DNA of 64,000 nt from Aureliella sp. GTDB taxonomy: Bacteria > Planctomycetota > Planctomycetia > Pirellulales > Pirellulaceae. Shown here one piece after another: positions 1-12,700 of the stretch. The DNA lies in contig OY829846.1 in NCBI GenBank assembly GCA_963691875.1, positions 4,032,001 through 4,096,000 of the forward strand, read 5' to 3'. Both the position numbers and the translations under genes were made by a program. A model generated the notes under the pieces. The model was given only the letters and a program-made list of their open reading frames with translations, searched no databases and had not been told where the DNA came from. The first letter of the stretch is position 1, and the number at the start of each line of letters is the position of its first letter.

Positions 1-79
1 AAAGCCATCTCCGGCCCATATAAACGGCGCGCTGAAACCCTCGCTCCCCGTTACGCGCGGGTCCGCTCAGAGAGAGGAC

Positions 80-103
80 GGGACTTCTAGCGAAGTCCAC
101 TAC
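80..103 (-). repeat. GTAG-type REP-like palindrome
   Basis: Minus strand reads GTAGT-GGACTTC-GCTA-GAAGTCC-C, i.e. GTAG followed by a hairpin. Related copies lie at 13847, 45235 and 55806. Confidence 0.6.
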
Positions 104-122
104 AAAGAACCCGTAACTAGGT

Positions 123-2297
123 TTAGGGTGCGAGGCTGTAGGGTCGGGCTTCGCAGTGCTCGCCATCGATACTAGAAATCACGCGAGCTGGAATACGGTC
201 TGCGAAGCCAGAATCGGCACTTTGGCGCAGTGAAGCAAGTTGCACTTGCTGGGTATGCTCCTGCCGAATGCTTTGAAGATGTTCGAGTAGAATGCGCCGG
301 ACCTCGAAGATAGTTTTCGGGTGGCGGTGAATCTCCTGATGTTCGCTCGCGACATAGATCTGAGTCTCCGCGTCGGGAATCACTGCGCTGCCCTCTTCAA
401 CGACGCCGTCGCCTGTTGCTTCGCCGCTACTCCAGAAACCGCGTTTGGCAATCAAGCCAATCACATTGTGATAATGAGTCCATGGTGCCTTGGGTGCGTT
501 GTGCAGAGCAGGGAACACGGCGGAATTTGGGCTAAGTGAATCGATACTGGTGCTGCTGGTTAGCAAATCCGTGTTGCGGAACACCCCTGGATTTCGAGAG
601 ATGAGTTGCTGCCCAGAGGTAACCATCAACGCTGGTAGTTTGATTAGATGCCTACCGAGCCATCGCGTTGTATCGTTGGCGTAGTCGCTGCCTTTGTAAG
701 GCGTTCCGATGGTAACGACGCGGCAGATGTCACGGTTTGGCTTGAAGAACGCTGCCTCACGCAAGCGATTGATTGCATCTTCATCGCCTTGAACTTCGTG
801 GAAGGGTTTGTTGCTGAGCACTTTCCAAAAGTCGTCTGAACTTTCGACTGTTTGCATGCGGCTTACTAGACCACCCATGCTGTGTCCCACTAGGACCATA
901 TGATCGAGAGCTTCGAAACGGTGATTGGGATCGAGATGTTGCCGCAGTTCGCTCAAGTCGGCTCGCATCTGAGTTGCGCTAAGCCAAAATGGCTGCCCCG
1001 TCGGATACTGGTAGAACCAAAATTGATAGTTGCTACGCAGTTCTTCAAAACTTCTCAAGTCATTAAACATCGGCATCCAAGTCACGGGGCTAGACCATAG
1101 TCCGTGCACCATCAGTACTGGGATCCGAGTGGGATCAAAGGGCTCTAACATGTAGATACCCCTGTGCTCCTGAGTCGCGTTAGGGTTTAGTAGCCCCAAC
1201 GTAGCTTGGCTTGCATCTCGAAACTGTTCGCTGTCTAGAAAGTACGCTAACGAAGTACTAAGGTCGGTCTGCAGAGGCACCATGCGATTTTCGATGTGTA
1301 AATTACAAGACGCGAGCGGATCATGAAATTCAAGAATACAATGATGTCGATGATTTGCACCCTTGCCAGGCATCGATCCAGGCTTTACGACACGAACAAG
1401 CACTGTAACCGGAAAGCTCAATCCATCTGGGTAGTATTTTTCGCGAATGTCGTTCGGATCACCTTTCTTTCGAACAGCTATTAACGGAACACCGAGGCCA
1501 TAGGATTGGCCTGATGAAGGCAGGCCTTCGACGGCATAGTCACTCACGAACTCAAAACGCTCGAAGTCCTCTACTTCCCATTGACCTCGCACAATCATGT
1601 GCACTTCGCACTGCTGTGTACCAGTGGAGATCTTGTAGCTGGAACCTGGCTTGAGTTGGCCGCGACGATCCAAGATGCGAAGTGAGGCTTCCAATGACTC
1701 GTTGTACAGATCGCAGGCTCCTCGAAAGAGCGGATCATAGGGATTCCGAGTCATATCCAAATCACCAGAGAATAGATACATATAGGCGTTGCTCACTGCT
1801 ACACCGTACATGTCAAGCGCTTGATTCTCGTCCTTGGCTTGTTCTGCCTTCTTTCCCAGTATGTAGGCAATCTCACTAATGCCGTAAACAAGCTCTGCCT
1901 CAACTTCTGAATCTAAAAGCTCGTGCATGACTTCCAAACACTGTTTGGGATCTTCGTTGTAGATGTCAGCTAGGGCAAACCTACGAAGAACCGAGTCGGT
2001 ACGAACACTGATTTTGGGTCCACGATAGCTATCCAGTTGCAGTCGACCGGTCAGAGGATTGGCAGGCTGAGATCGTCGAATCAAGAACTGTTGGCTGCTG
2101 CAACCGGTAAGTGCCACGAGCAAGCAGAGCAGGACACCGAGCAACTTTCGATGGTTTCGCAGAATGCTAGCGTGTGCGTTCTTGGGCCAATGGCCGGTTG
2201 CGCAAGTGCGCATCGACGTCAAGCTCGCGCTTGAGCACGAGAAATCGGAGCTAGGCTTTGCCCCGGCTTGCTGATTTTTCTCAAAGATGAATCGCAT
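123..2297 (-). CDS. Alpha/beta-hydrolase (esterase/lipase family), probably a lipoprotein
   Basis: 724-aa ORF with VHGLWSS oxyanion motif, nucleophile elbow GHSMGG, GDGVV and C-terminal His. A hydrophobic stretch ends in a lipobox-like LTGC, so the true start is probably downstream of the ORF start. Confidence 0.85.
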   Translation of the reverse strand: MRFIFEKNQQAGAKPSSDFSCSSASLTSMRTCATGHWPKNAHASILRNHRKLLGVLLCLLVALTGCSSQQFLIRRSQPANPLTGRLQLDSYRGPKISVRTDSVLRRFALADIYNEDPKQCLEVMHELLDSEVEAELVYGISEIAYILGKKAEQAKDENQALDMYGVAVSNAYMYLFSGDLDMTRNPYDPLFRGACDLYNESLEASLRILDRRGQLKPGSSYKISTGTQQCEVHMIVRGQWEVEDFERFEFVSDYAVEGLPSSGQSYGLGVPLIAVRKKGDPNDIREKYYPDGLSFPVTVLVRVVKPGSMPGKGANHRHHCILEFHDPLASCNLHIENRMVPLQTDLSTSLAYFLDSEQFRDASQATLGLLNPNATQEHRGIYMLEPFDPTRIPVLMVHGLWSSPVTWMPMFNDLRSFEELRSNYQFWFYQYPTGQPFWLSATQMRADLSELRQHLDPNHRFEALDHMVLVGHSMGGLVSRMQTVESSDDFWKVLSNKPFHEVQGDEDAINRLREAAFFKPNRDICRVVTIGTPYKGSDYANDTTRWLGRHLIKLPALMVTSGQQLISRNPGVFRNTDLLTSSTSIDSLSPNSAVFPALHNAPKAPWTHYHNVIGLIAKRGFWSSGEATGDGVVEEGSAVIPDAETQIYVASEHQEIHRHPKTIFEVRRILLEHLQSIRQEHTQQVQLASLRQSADSGFADRIPARVISSIDGEHCEARPYSLAP

Positions 2298-2506
2298 GCC
2301 CTAGTTCTTTGTCGGGACTTCGGCAGACGCTTTGTTTGGCTGTAGCTCCAGCCAGCGGTGGGAGAATAGGAAAGCCGCAGGCGTGGGGTCAATGGAGTTT
2401 CGCTCGCAACCACCAAGCTAGAATCACAAAATGGCTCGCATTGGTTTTCCCCAGCACTTACGTGCATTCATAATGGAAGCCAAGTGAAAATCGCCCGGAG
2501 TCCTGG

Positions 2507-5500
2507 ATGAACTTGGTTCAAGAGCTTTTGCAAGAGTTTTGCCAAAACTGGCAGGGCTACAACGTACTTAAGTACGAAGGCTATCTGCAGCGTACCGGCA
2601 ATGTATCTGAGCGGATCGAATTGCTAGCGCTCATGATTCAGAAAGAGATTCAGTTTGTCTTTGACTCCCCAGCACATGCACAGCCATTTTCCGAGAATCA
2701 GGATGACGACTGTGTTCGGCCCAACCTGCGATTGCTATTGGCTCATTCCCCAGATCTCAGTGATTATCCCAAGAAAATACTCGATCTAGTTCTGTTCGAG
2801 TTTGCTATACGTTTACGATTTGATGACTCGCCTCCAACTCCAGAGAACTACTTGGACCTCGTCCCGCAGGACTATCGTTTGCACTTGTGCGAAACACTCG
2901 AACGGATCGAGAGCATTCTGCAGCAGCCGAAGAACGAAGCCGAGGTTGAGGTCAATGCTTCTGACTTAACTGTGAAGGATCCGCCGGGATCGGCCAATGT
3001 GTCTCTCAATCGACTGCCCTGTATCCTGGGCAACTATTTGGTCTTAAGCGTCATTGACCGTGGCGGAATGGGAACAGTTTACTCTGCGGTTGATCTCCGT
3101 ACTGCGGCGCCAGTTGCTATCAAGGTCATGAAACGAGATGACGCTTGGAGTATCTATCGCTTCATCCATGAATTCACTTGGCTTTCCCAGATGACTCACC
3201 CAAATCTGGTAAAACTATTTGATACCTGTGCTGAGGGAGAATACCGCTATTTTTCCATGGAAGTCGTCGAAGGTCTCACTCTGTCAAAATGGTTTCAATC
3301 GATCCTCCATAGGCCTGATTCGCATGTGAAACTCAAGAAAGTATTGCAACAGATTGCATCTGCTTTACAGTTCGTGCATCGCAGCGGTGGCTTGCATTGC
3401 GACATCAAGTGCAGCAATGTCATGATTACATCGAAACGACGCGCCGTACTCTTGGACCTGGGACTTGCTGCCCAACAACACAGTGGTGAAAAAGGCCTCG
3501 GAACTTTTCAGTACTATGCACCCGAGGTAATCAAGACAGAAGTTCACTCGCGTGCAAGTGATTGGTTTAGCTTCGGCTTAATGATTTATGAAGCGATAGT
3601 CGGGGAGTACAATTTACGCACAGAAAAGGCCAGATCCGGCTCTCGAGACCCTGACCTGTACGTAATTGATTCGAAGAATCTGCGTGCTCAATTGGAGGGC
3701 GCGGACCAAGGCTTGGTCGAACTGTGCTGTGATTTGATACAGACCGATCCTGCCGCCAGACCTTCTGGCACTGAAGTCGTTGAACGTCTTGGGGGATCAC
3801 CTGACCCTGTTCTAACCTATGGATCGTTTATTGGTCGCAAAGACCTACTGCGGCGCCTTGACGCGATCGACAAGAAAGATGCAGCGGAGATTGTGATACT
3901 TGGCGGAGAATCGGGTATCGGAAAAACAAGCTTGATACAAGAATGGCTTCGGCGGCAGAGCCGAAGCGACAATGATCTTGTCTTAAAGCTGCGATGCTTT
4001 CGTCAGGATCAAACTCCACTGCGAGTGTTGAATGGTCTGATTCAAGACCTGATGCAAGTGCTTCCTAAGATTCCAGATTCGATCTGGTTGCCCTCACTGC
4101 AACGGCATGTTGACTATATCGCCAGGACTTTTCCACAGATTCTCCAGTTGGTTGAAAGCAGCAACGACTTCAACTCGCGACACCCCACCGGCAAAACTCA
4201 CTCTGTAGAAAATGAGAATCTATCAACGCTTCACTTGATGCAGTGGATAGTTGAGTTAACTCAGGAGTTGCGATTCCTACTTGTGATTGATGACGCTCAG
4301 TGGTCTGACCAAAGAAGTCTGGTCTGGATTGTCGAGCTCTTTCAATTGCCAGGTTTCGCAGGAAAAGCATTCATTCTTGACGAAAGCCTACCCGCGGACA
4401 GCGAAGAATTTGGCCACGTACTCCAATCCATTAGTGACCACATCTTTGTGTCCAAGCCTTCACCGGCTGAAGTGCTCAGTGTGCCAGGTCTGTCGATTGA
4501 GTTGCTGCATGTTGAGCCTCTTAATAAGGAGGATTCTACCTTGTTACTCCAAGACTTGTGCTCCTCCATCCAACACGAGATTTCTACTCCGGTAATGGAG
4601 AACATCTGCGAGCGCTCAGAAGGCAATCCATTCCTACTTCAGGAACTGATGCAAACCTACGTGCATTACCTTCAAAGGGGTTCCATTACCGAAGAAATTT
4701 GGTTGTCAGAAAATCCTGACAGCAGCAGTTTAAGGAGCCGTGTCAGTCTTTTGCCTCGCAAGGTGGAAAACATACTTCACTATTTGGCGGTAGCCGACCA
4801 ACCGCTGAGTTTTCAGCAGCTCAAAACAGCTTCGCGGATGAAAACCAAGGAACTGCAGTCTGCCACTAATGTTCTGGAATCTTTGGGGTGGATTGACGGA
4901 CGCGTGATCGACGGAATTTCAACTATCGAGTTGGCGCACGAACGGTTTCGTAAAGCGCTACTTTCATCGCTCCCAGAAGTTCGATTGCAGCGTCGACACT
5001 TCCACGTTGCCAAGATGCTGTCGGGGAACATTCCACCGCCATGGGCTCGAATCGGTAAATACTACTGGGCTGCTAAGCAATATCGCGAGGCATCTGCTTG
5101 TTATGCCCAAGCTGCTCAGACTGCCGCGGCGAATGCCAACTACCAGTCGGCGCTTGAATTCCTTGAGCGAGCCTCGCATCCCGCGGCTACTCGTAGTGAA
5201 GAAGAGTTGCGTCAGATCCAAATCTTGAAAGCCGATTGTCTTGGTGCCGTTGGTGACGCTGTGCGGTCTGCGGCGATCTATTTGGAACTCACCGAGTCGA
5301 CCACGTCAGATCAAGAGACTTTGCTGTTTCGAAGTAAAGCCGGCGAACAACTGATTCGGGGTGGAAGGCTTGAGGACGCAGTCGAACATCTAGGCAAGGT
5401 GTTCCGAGAAATCCGAGCCGGCGGGCTCAAACGTGGATTGTGGCCGGTCACGCTCATTCGCCTTCACATCATCAAAGATTTTCTATCTCGCCCAAAGTCA

Positions 5501-6001
5501 GTCGGTTTGGCTCGCGAGGAGGTTCCGCTCGATGAGTTTTACAAATTGTTGAATCGACTCGCGGTACCGCTCACGATTCTGGATAGTCAGTTTGGAACGG
5601 ATATGATTGTGAGGATGAAACGAAGAACGGAGAAGACGGGCTCGGCAACGGACCGAGCCATTGCTGTCATCCACTTCGGAACTCTGTTAACACTTGCCGG
5701 AGGACCTGGACTTCGAAAAGGAATGCGCTGGCTAAGGCATGGACATGAGCTCGCAAACAAAAGCAACAGCAGTACGGCAATTGCATTATTTCATTTTTGC
5801 TTGTTGTTGATTGATGTGCAGTACGGAAAGTTAGGGAGGGTCGCACGGCGTGCCGCGTTGGTCCAGCACTGGATGGACCGGGAAGCGCGAAGCATGAATT
5901 GGGAAAGTCAGTTCGTAGCGTGGTGTATATCGGCCTATTACTGGTACACCATGCAATTATCCGAAGGATACAGCTACGTTCAGGAAACGAGAGAGCGCTG
6001 A
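2507..6001 (+). CDS. Ser/Thr protein kinase + STAND/AAA-type ATPase + TPR-like protein, N-terminal part (reading frame interrupted at ~6000)
   Basis: Kinase motifs RGGMGTVY, VAIK, HCDIKCSN, DLG, YYAPE; Walker A GESGIGKT; Walker B LVIDDAQW; GNPFLL motif; helical C-terminus. Confidence 0.88.
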   Translation: MNLVQELLQEFCQNWQGYNVLKYEGYLQRTGNVSERIELLALMIQKEIQFVFDSPAHAQPFSENQDDDCVRPNLRLLLAHSPDLSDYPKKILDLVLFEFAIRLRFDDSPPTPENYLDLVPQDYRLHLCETLERIESILQQPKNEAEVEVNASDLTVKDPPGSANVSLNRLPCILGNYLVLSVIDRGGMGTVYSAVDLRTAAPVAIKVMKRDDAWSIYRFIHEFTWLSQMTHPNLVKLFDTCAEGEYRYFSMEVVEGLTLSKWFQSILHRPDSHVKLKKVLQQIASALQFVHRSGGLHCDIKCSNVMITSKRRAVLLDLGLAAQQHSGEKGLGTFQYYAPEVIKTEVHSRASDWFSFGLMIYEAIVGEYNLRTEKARSGSRDPDLYVIDSKNLRAQLEGADQGLVELCCDLIQTDPAARPSGTEVVERLGGSPDPVLTYGSFIGRKDLLRRLDAIDKKDAAEIVILGGESGIGKTSLIQEWLRRQSRSDNDLVLKLRCFRQDQTPLRVLNGLIQDLMQVLPKIPDSIWLPSLQRHVDYIARTFPQILQLVESSNDFNSRHPTGKTHSVENENLSTLHLMQWIVELTQELRFLLVIDDAQWSDQRSLVWIVELFQLPGFAGKAFILDESLPADSEEFGHVLQSISDHIFVSKPSPAEVLSVPGLSIELLHVEPLNKEDSTLLLQDLCSSIQHEISTPVMENICERSEGNPFLLQELMQTYVHYLQRGSITEEIWLSENPDSSSLRSRVSLLPRKVENILHYLAVADQPLSFQQLKTASRMKTKELQSATNVLESLGWIDGRVIDGISTIELAHERFRKALLSSLPEVRLQRRHFHVAKMLSGNIPPPWARIGKYYWAAKQYREASACYAQAAQTAAANANYQSALEFLERASHPAATRSEEELRQIQILKADCLGAVGDAVRSAAIYLELTESTTSDQETLLFRSKAGEQLIRGGRLEDAVEHLGKVFREIRAGGLKRGLWPVTLIRLHIIKDFLSRPKSVGLAREEVPLDEFYKLLNRLAVPLTILDSQFGTDMIVRMKRRTEKTGSATDRAIAVIHFGTLLTLAGGPGLRKGMRWLRHGHELANKSNSSTAIALFHFCLLLIDVQYGKLGRVARRAALVQHWMDREARSMNWESQFVAWCISAYYWYTMQLSEGYSYVQETRER

Positions 6002-6020
6002 CGAGCGCTGACGAGCGCTG
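5993..6020 (+). repeat. 10-bp tandem repeat GAGCGCTGAC x2.8
   Basis: GAGCGCTGAC GAGCGCTGAC GAGCGCTG is read directly; it contains the TGA (5999-6001) that ends the kinase ORF. Confidence 0.95.
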
Positions 6021-6678
6021 CGATTCCGTGGCACAGCTCCTGATGAGATCAGGAACAGCCTTTCTGGTAGATTTGGTTCAGGATGAGGAGGAGGCCGCTG
6101 AACAATCGATTGTTTTCCAATCCAACAATTTCGCTACCCAGCAATATCAATCGCCGTGGTTCTATTGTTGGATCAATCGTATTCAATTCGCACTATACAG
6201 AGGAAAGGTTGGCGAAGCTCTAGAGCTACTCAACACCGAGTGGTCGAGGCTTGCGCGGACATGCAGTTTTCAGGGACAGCACTATCGTTTCGTTCTGCTT
6301 TGCTTGAGGCTATGCGCTGAGATGCAATCACTTGTATTATCAGACAGTCAGTTTGAATCATCTTTGACGCAATGCATGAAGTTTGCCAAACAACTATCCA
6401 ACCTCGAGTCGAGTGCTTATGCTCTCTATGGTCGAGGATTTACGTTAGTCCTTCAGACTTATCGAGGAAAAGTTGCACCAACTGAAAAGTGGTATTCAAT
6501 CATTAAATCCGCAGAGAACAAGCAACATTTTCTTTTCGCCAATGCTCTTCGCTGGCACTACGAGATAACAACTGGAGAAAAGGATCGAGTAGCACGGCAG
6601 AAACTCGTTGAGGCCGGCTGTGTAAAGCCCGAAAAGCTCATGAACCTGTTGCTCCCTTTACCCACAGATTACTCCTAG
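6013..6678 (+). pseudogene. Out-of-frame C-terminal helical part of the kinase-ATPase gene
   Basis: ORF 5899..6678 overlaps the kinase end and has no convincing start of its own. Removing two repeat units joins the frames as ...ETRER-CDSVAQ... Confidence 0.75.
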
Positions 6679-6681
6679 CTT

Positions 6682-7182
6682 ATGCCTCGTTTCGAACACA
6701 TTCGGCATCAGTGCCCCTCGACCCTAGAGAACGCGCGGGAACTGATACTTGTGGTCAGTCCGCTTCGCAGTAGTGTGAACCTTAGCCGCATGGTTCGCTT
6801 AGCTGGCTGCAGTGGGATTACTCGAATCGTACACTGCGGAAACGGCAAAGTGGATTCCACCATCGCGCGCGATGCCGCCGATCATGTAAAAGTTGAAACG
6901 CGTCGTAGTCTCACTCCTTTTCTCGCGAAACTAAGGCAGCAAGATTATTGCCTGGTCGGATTGGAACAAACTACCAATTCGCAACTCTTGCCCGATTACG
7001 AATTCACCAGGAAGACTGCCTTAGTGATTGGCTCAGAACGCGAGGGACTTTCTCAAGAAGCGCTTGATCAGCTGGATGCTGTAGTGGAGATTCCTGTATT
7101 TGGTCTGCCAGCTAGCTACAACGTCGTGACTGCGACCACCATGGCGGTTTACGAGTATTGTCGGCAGTTCCCGCGAGGTTGA
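6682..7182 (+). CDS. SpoU/TrmH-family RNA 2'-O-methyltransferase
   Basis: SPOUT motifs ALVIGSEREGL, VEIPVFG and SYNV. Confidence 0.9.
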   Translation: MPRFEHIRHQCPSTLENARELILVVSPLRSSVNLSRMVRLAGCSGITRIVHCGNGKVDSTIARDAADHVKVETRRSLTPFLAKLRQQDYCLVGLEQTTNSQLLPDYEFTRKTALVIGSEREGLSQEALDQLDAVVEIPVFGLPASYNVVTATTMAVYEYCRQFPRG

Positions 7183-7328
7183 ACCGACGCGGGAAATCGA
7201 TCGTCGGTAGAAGAAAATGAAAGAACGGGTGACTATAGCACTAGCCGCCCGTTCAGTGAATTCTTTATCGACTCTGATGCAATAATAGATCAATTGGTCA
7301 CAATGGAACTACTTTCGCAGCACGATCC

Positions 7329-8372
<1,044 letters not shown>

Positions 8373-8600
8373 CTAATGTAGGGGCTCGAGGCCGTGCAGG
8401 CCGTCGTGGTTGGATTACAGATGAGGAGAGCGATAATTCGATTGATTCCTCTTCAGTGGGCGAAAATTATAATTTTTCAAGCCCGAACCAGCAACGCAAA
8501 CTCGCTGCTTGGAACCAAAGCATAGACGGCGAGATAGCTGCCGCTAAGGTTTACTTGTGTTGCTCATACCCCCTTTAACTCGCGACTTAGAAAGAACATC

Positions 8601-9395
8601 ATGGTTCGTCCTCGCTGGCAACTACCCAAAGCCGTAAGTCGCGAATCGTGGGACTACATACAGTCAGAGAAGATCGCTCATCAGTATGAGGATTTCCTCG
8701 GCCAAAATCCGCTCTTTCGGCTCGACGTCGATCTGGTTCAGCAGCAGATCGAACCTCTCCAGAACCAGTTTCCGGAGTGCGAACTTTACGTGGCGGATCT
8801 AGGCTGCGGGACAGCTCGAGTCGCTCGCGCGCTTGACCCCGATATCTGTCGAGTTCTGAACATTGACTTGAGTCAATCTATGCTGCTACGAGCTCAGGAA
8901 TTGGCGGGAGAACGTAAATACGCTTTAGAACTCCAAGGGAACTTGGCGGAGCTTCAGTTTCTTCGGCCCGACTGTTTACACCTTGCTGTCTGCCTGTTCA
9001 GCAGCCTCGGCATGCTTCGTCCAAGAGAGCAAAGAATTCAATTTCTGGCGCAAGTTTGTAATTCTCTTAGACAAAATGGGCGCTTCGTGGTTCACGTTCA
9101 CAATAGATACCGCAATTTGTACGATCCCGGTGGAATGACTTGGCTAGCTTATGGACTGCTAAGGCACCTAAGCGGAAAAGGCGAGTTGGGTGATCGAGTC
9201 TATCCGTACCGTGGATTGCCACGAATGTTCTTGCACATTTACAGTCGCCGCGAATTGGTCGCTGACCTGCAACAAGCTGGGTTTCGCATGATTGAGATTC
9301 TTCCAATCCATGTTTCCGGCTCGACTCTGCTTCCCAGTTCTGCTCGACTTGTCGATCTTCGAGCGGGCGGTTTCTTTGCGGTCGCTGAGAAGTAA
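8601..9395 (+). CDS. Class I SAM-dependent methyltransferase
   Basis: Motif I ADLGCGTAR, IDLSQSML, CLFSSLGM, LRQNGRFVV. Confidence 0.9.
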   Translation: MVRPRWQLPKAVSRESWDYIQSEKIAHQYEDFLGQNPLFRLDVDLVQQQIEPLQNQFPECELYVADLGCGTARVARALDPDICRVLNIDLSQSMLLRAQELAGERKYALELQGNLAELQFLRPDCLHLAVCLFSSLGMLRPREQRIQFLAQVCNSLRQNGRFVVHVHNRYRNLYDPGGMTWLAYGLLRHLSGKGELGDRVYPYRGLPRMFLHIYSRRELVADLQQAGFRMIEILPIHVSGSTLLPSSARLVDLRAGGFFAVAEK

Positions 9396-9788
9396 GACGC
9401 CAGATGGTAACGCTGTCTACTTCATCGATTGTGCTAAAAGTACTGTGGCAGTATCACAGTCACGATTGCGATGTACTTTAGTGCTCATCGACCCAGCTTC
9501 CTTTTCGAAGCACGAGTTACAATATAACAAATAGTGTTTATCCCTCGCTGCTTCGAGGATTAATCTACGCCAGCGGTAACGTCTCGTTCTCCAACTCTTC
9601 GGAGATCGAACTTTAGGGTTCGCTCGTTACTGGTAGCAAACTTACTGGTAGTGGCAAGTTGTTTGTTCAATCGAGAGATATCTTCAAACCCTATCCACCG
9701 CCAAGATTCCAACAGTCTCAGAATGTCTACATCCGTTCGGGATCAGTAAGACGCGTAGCTGCGGCGAAATGATCATTGATTCGAATGT

Positions 9789-12700
9789 TTACGATAGCCT
9801 TTCGATAGCCTCGCGAATCCTCTTCTCGGATACTGACTGACGCGTTCCTAAATTTTGTGCGAAAACAGACACCCTATATTCCTCGATCATCCAGCCGATT
9901 GATTCTACCGCTGAAGAATCTGGTTTTCCTTCGCTTAACTCTTTGAACTGATCATTGAGCTTCTCGATCGGTGCTCGCTGCTTGCGATCCTTCGGCAAAC
10001 CGCCACTCTTTAGCTTGTCGATCCGTTGCACGATAGCTTGTAGATAACGAGGATATTCCTTCATAGCCGACCACGGCACTCGAGCCAGAAAGTCATCTGA
10101 GAACAGAAATTGTTTCTGTCGTTCGATGTCCTCTCCCACTTCGCGCCACATATCTGGAAGTTTCTCAAGTTGTAGTCTAAGTGCTTGAACCTGCTCACTG
10201 AACTTAGGTAACCACAGAGAAATATCTTGCGTCGCTATCGAAATCTGCCGCGCCGCGTCCGCATTGCGAGAGTCGTAATCGATCTTACTACGAACGACGG
10301 GTTTGTCGTCCACCAAAGCCGCTCGAGCTAGTAGATCGTAAAGTTTTGCTCGCAGATCAGCGCCGGCGAGCAAGTGGGACAACCGCATCTTGGCTTGGTC
10401 TAGATTGGGCAGGTGCCGCACTTGATTGCGAAGCGACTTCGAGTGCTTAATCGCAAAAAGCCTTGTCATTCCTAGTTGACCCTGTCGCATGGATTCTGCT
10501 TCGTTATCGCACAAGCGGAGTTCCACTTTTTCACCCTGATCGAATAGAGTAGGGAAGGCTGATACCATCACACCGCCGCTTCGCACTCGTATCGATTCCG
10601 GATAATCTTCAAAGTTTCCCGGATCAACCTGGCGATTTTTCCAATCTTTCGCCTCTTCACTAGGTGCTTGTAATTCCGGTGTATGCAGTGCAAAAGAATC
10701 CTGAAGCTCACCTATTTCTCTGCTGCTCGCGATTTCTTTGCCAGCATCATCCACCACGCGAACCAGAAAGCGTAGATGTTGAGGAAGTTTTTGTGGATCA
10801 AAATCGGTCGCCCTGACAACTTCACCAGAGTAATCCCGCATTACTCGGCAAAGTGCAGCGGAAAAGGGTTCGTCTCTGCTCACACTCGCTACTTCGGAAG
10901 CCAAAACACGAGATACGTCCGGCGCTGGTACAAAGTTGGTTCGTAACGACTTCGGCAACGACTTGATCAGATGCAATATCTTTTCTTCCAGCATACCTGG
11001 AATGAGCCAACCTAGCGACTCTTCACTAACTTGTTTCAAAGCCACTTGAGGTACGGTTATCGTAACTCCATCCTTCTCGCTGCCCGGTTCAAAATGATAG
11101 TTGAGTGGCAATGAGGTTTTGCCGATATGCAACTCGTTGGGGTAACTGTTCTCAAGAGAACCCTCAGGCGTTTCTTCAAGCAGATCGGATGGTTCGAGCC
11201 ATAGTTTTTTCTCGGCGGTTGTCCCGCGCTTCGCTTTGACCCAACTCTCCAACGAACGAAGATCCACTATTTCAAAAGGCAAATGCTGATCGTAGAAATT
11301 GATCATGTGAAAGTGATCGACGATGTAATTTCTTGATCGCGTTCGCTTAGCTAACTCGGCAATATCTTCTAGCAATTCTTGATTGTGTAGATAAAACGCT
11401 TCATTGCATCGCCACACACCAGCGACCAAACCATGTTCTATGAGTAGTCGCCGAGCGGTTTCTGCATCCAGCGGTGCGAGCGGGGTCCTACGCCCCGCAA
11501 CTACAGGCAAACCAAACAAGGTACTGCGACGATAGACCATCGCGTTGCCTGTTTTGCTGCTCCAGTGAGGATCACTATAGGAATGCTTGAGCAGTCGTTT
11601 ACCCGCTTGTTCAATCCACTCGACGTCAACTTCTGCTACTGTGCGAGCATAGCGTTTACTGGTTTCGATTACTTCCGAAGCCACGACCCAGCGCGGTTGT
11701 CTTTGGAACAAACCAGATCCTGGCCACAAGACGACTTCAAGTCCACCTGCCGCTTTGTATTCGTGCCGATCACCCCGCTGAGCGATTCCTCGAAGCAAGC
11801 CTGACAACAGCGACTGGTGAATCGCAGCATATCCTTCCGGCCGCTTTAACTTCGGTTGTGCTGCTTTCTCGCCCTTAATGCGTTTGTTCCCTCGATCGCC
11901 TACGCGCTCTTTCATTTGTTCCAAGAATTCAGGATCTATCTTTGGTAAGTTGACCGTTAACTTGCCAACTTTCATCTTGGCATCGGAAAGAATGTCTTTG
12001 AGTTGCCGGATGATGTCTGACCATTCTCGGAAAGACTGATACGACAAAAATTTTTGTTGCAGGGCTTTTTGCAATCGTGAACGCCCGAGCTTACCACGCA
12101 AGTCTTCAAAGAAGCGGTAGAGCCTCAAATAGCTCAAGAAATCACTATGTGGATCGTTGAAAATCGCGTGAGCCTCGTCGGCTTGCGGACGCTGACCAGC
12201 TGGACGTTGCCGCACGTCTTGGCATTCTATGGCTGCGGCGATCACGACTACTTCTGCAAGACAGTTTCGTTGATCGGCCTCCAGTAGCATTCGACCGACG
12301 CGTGGATCACAAGGTAGTTTGCCCAACTGCCGACCTACTTTGGTCAGTCGATCATCTTCCTCCGTGGCACCCAACTCGTACAAGGTTCTCTTTCCATCGC
12401 GCAAAGCTTCCGGCATCGGAGCATCCAGCAGTGGTAGCTCCTCCAGTTTGCCGAGGTTCAAAGTGTGACACTGCAGAATGACGCTCGCCAAGTCACTGCG
12501 TTTGATCTCGGACGTGGTGAACTTCGGTCGCTTCTCAAAGTCGTCTTCTTCGTATAGACGTATACAAACACCTGGTCCAACACGACCACAACGACCGGAT
12601 CGCTGATTTGCGGAGGCTTGAGATACGATTTCGATTGGAAGACGGCGTACTCGACTGCGCGGGGCATAACGACTAATTCGAACAAGTCCCGTATCAATCA

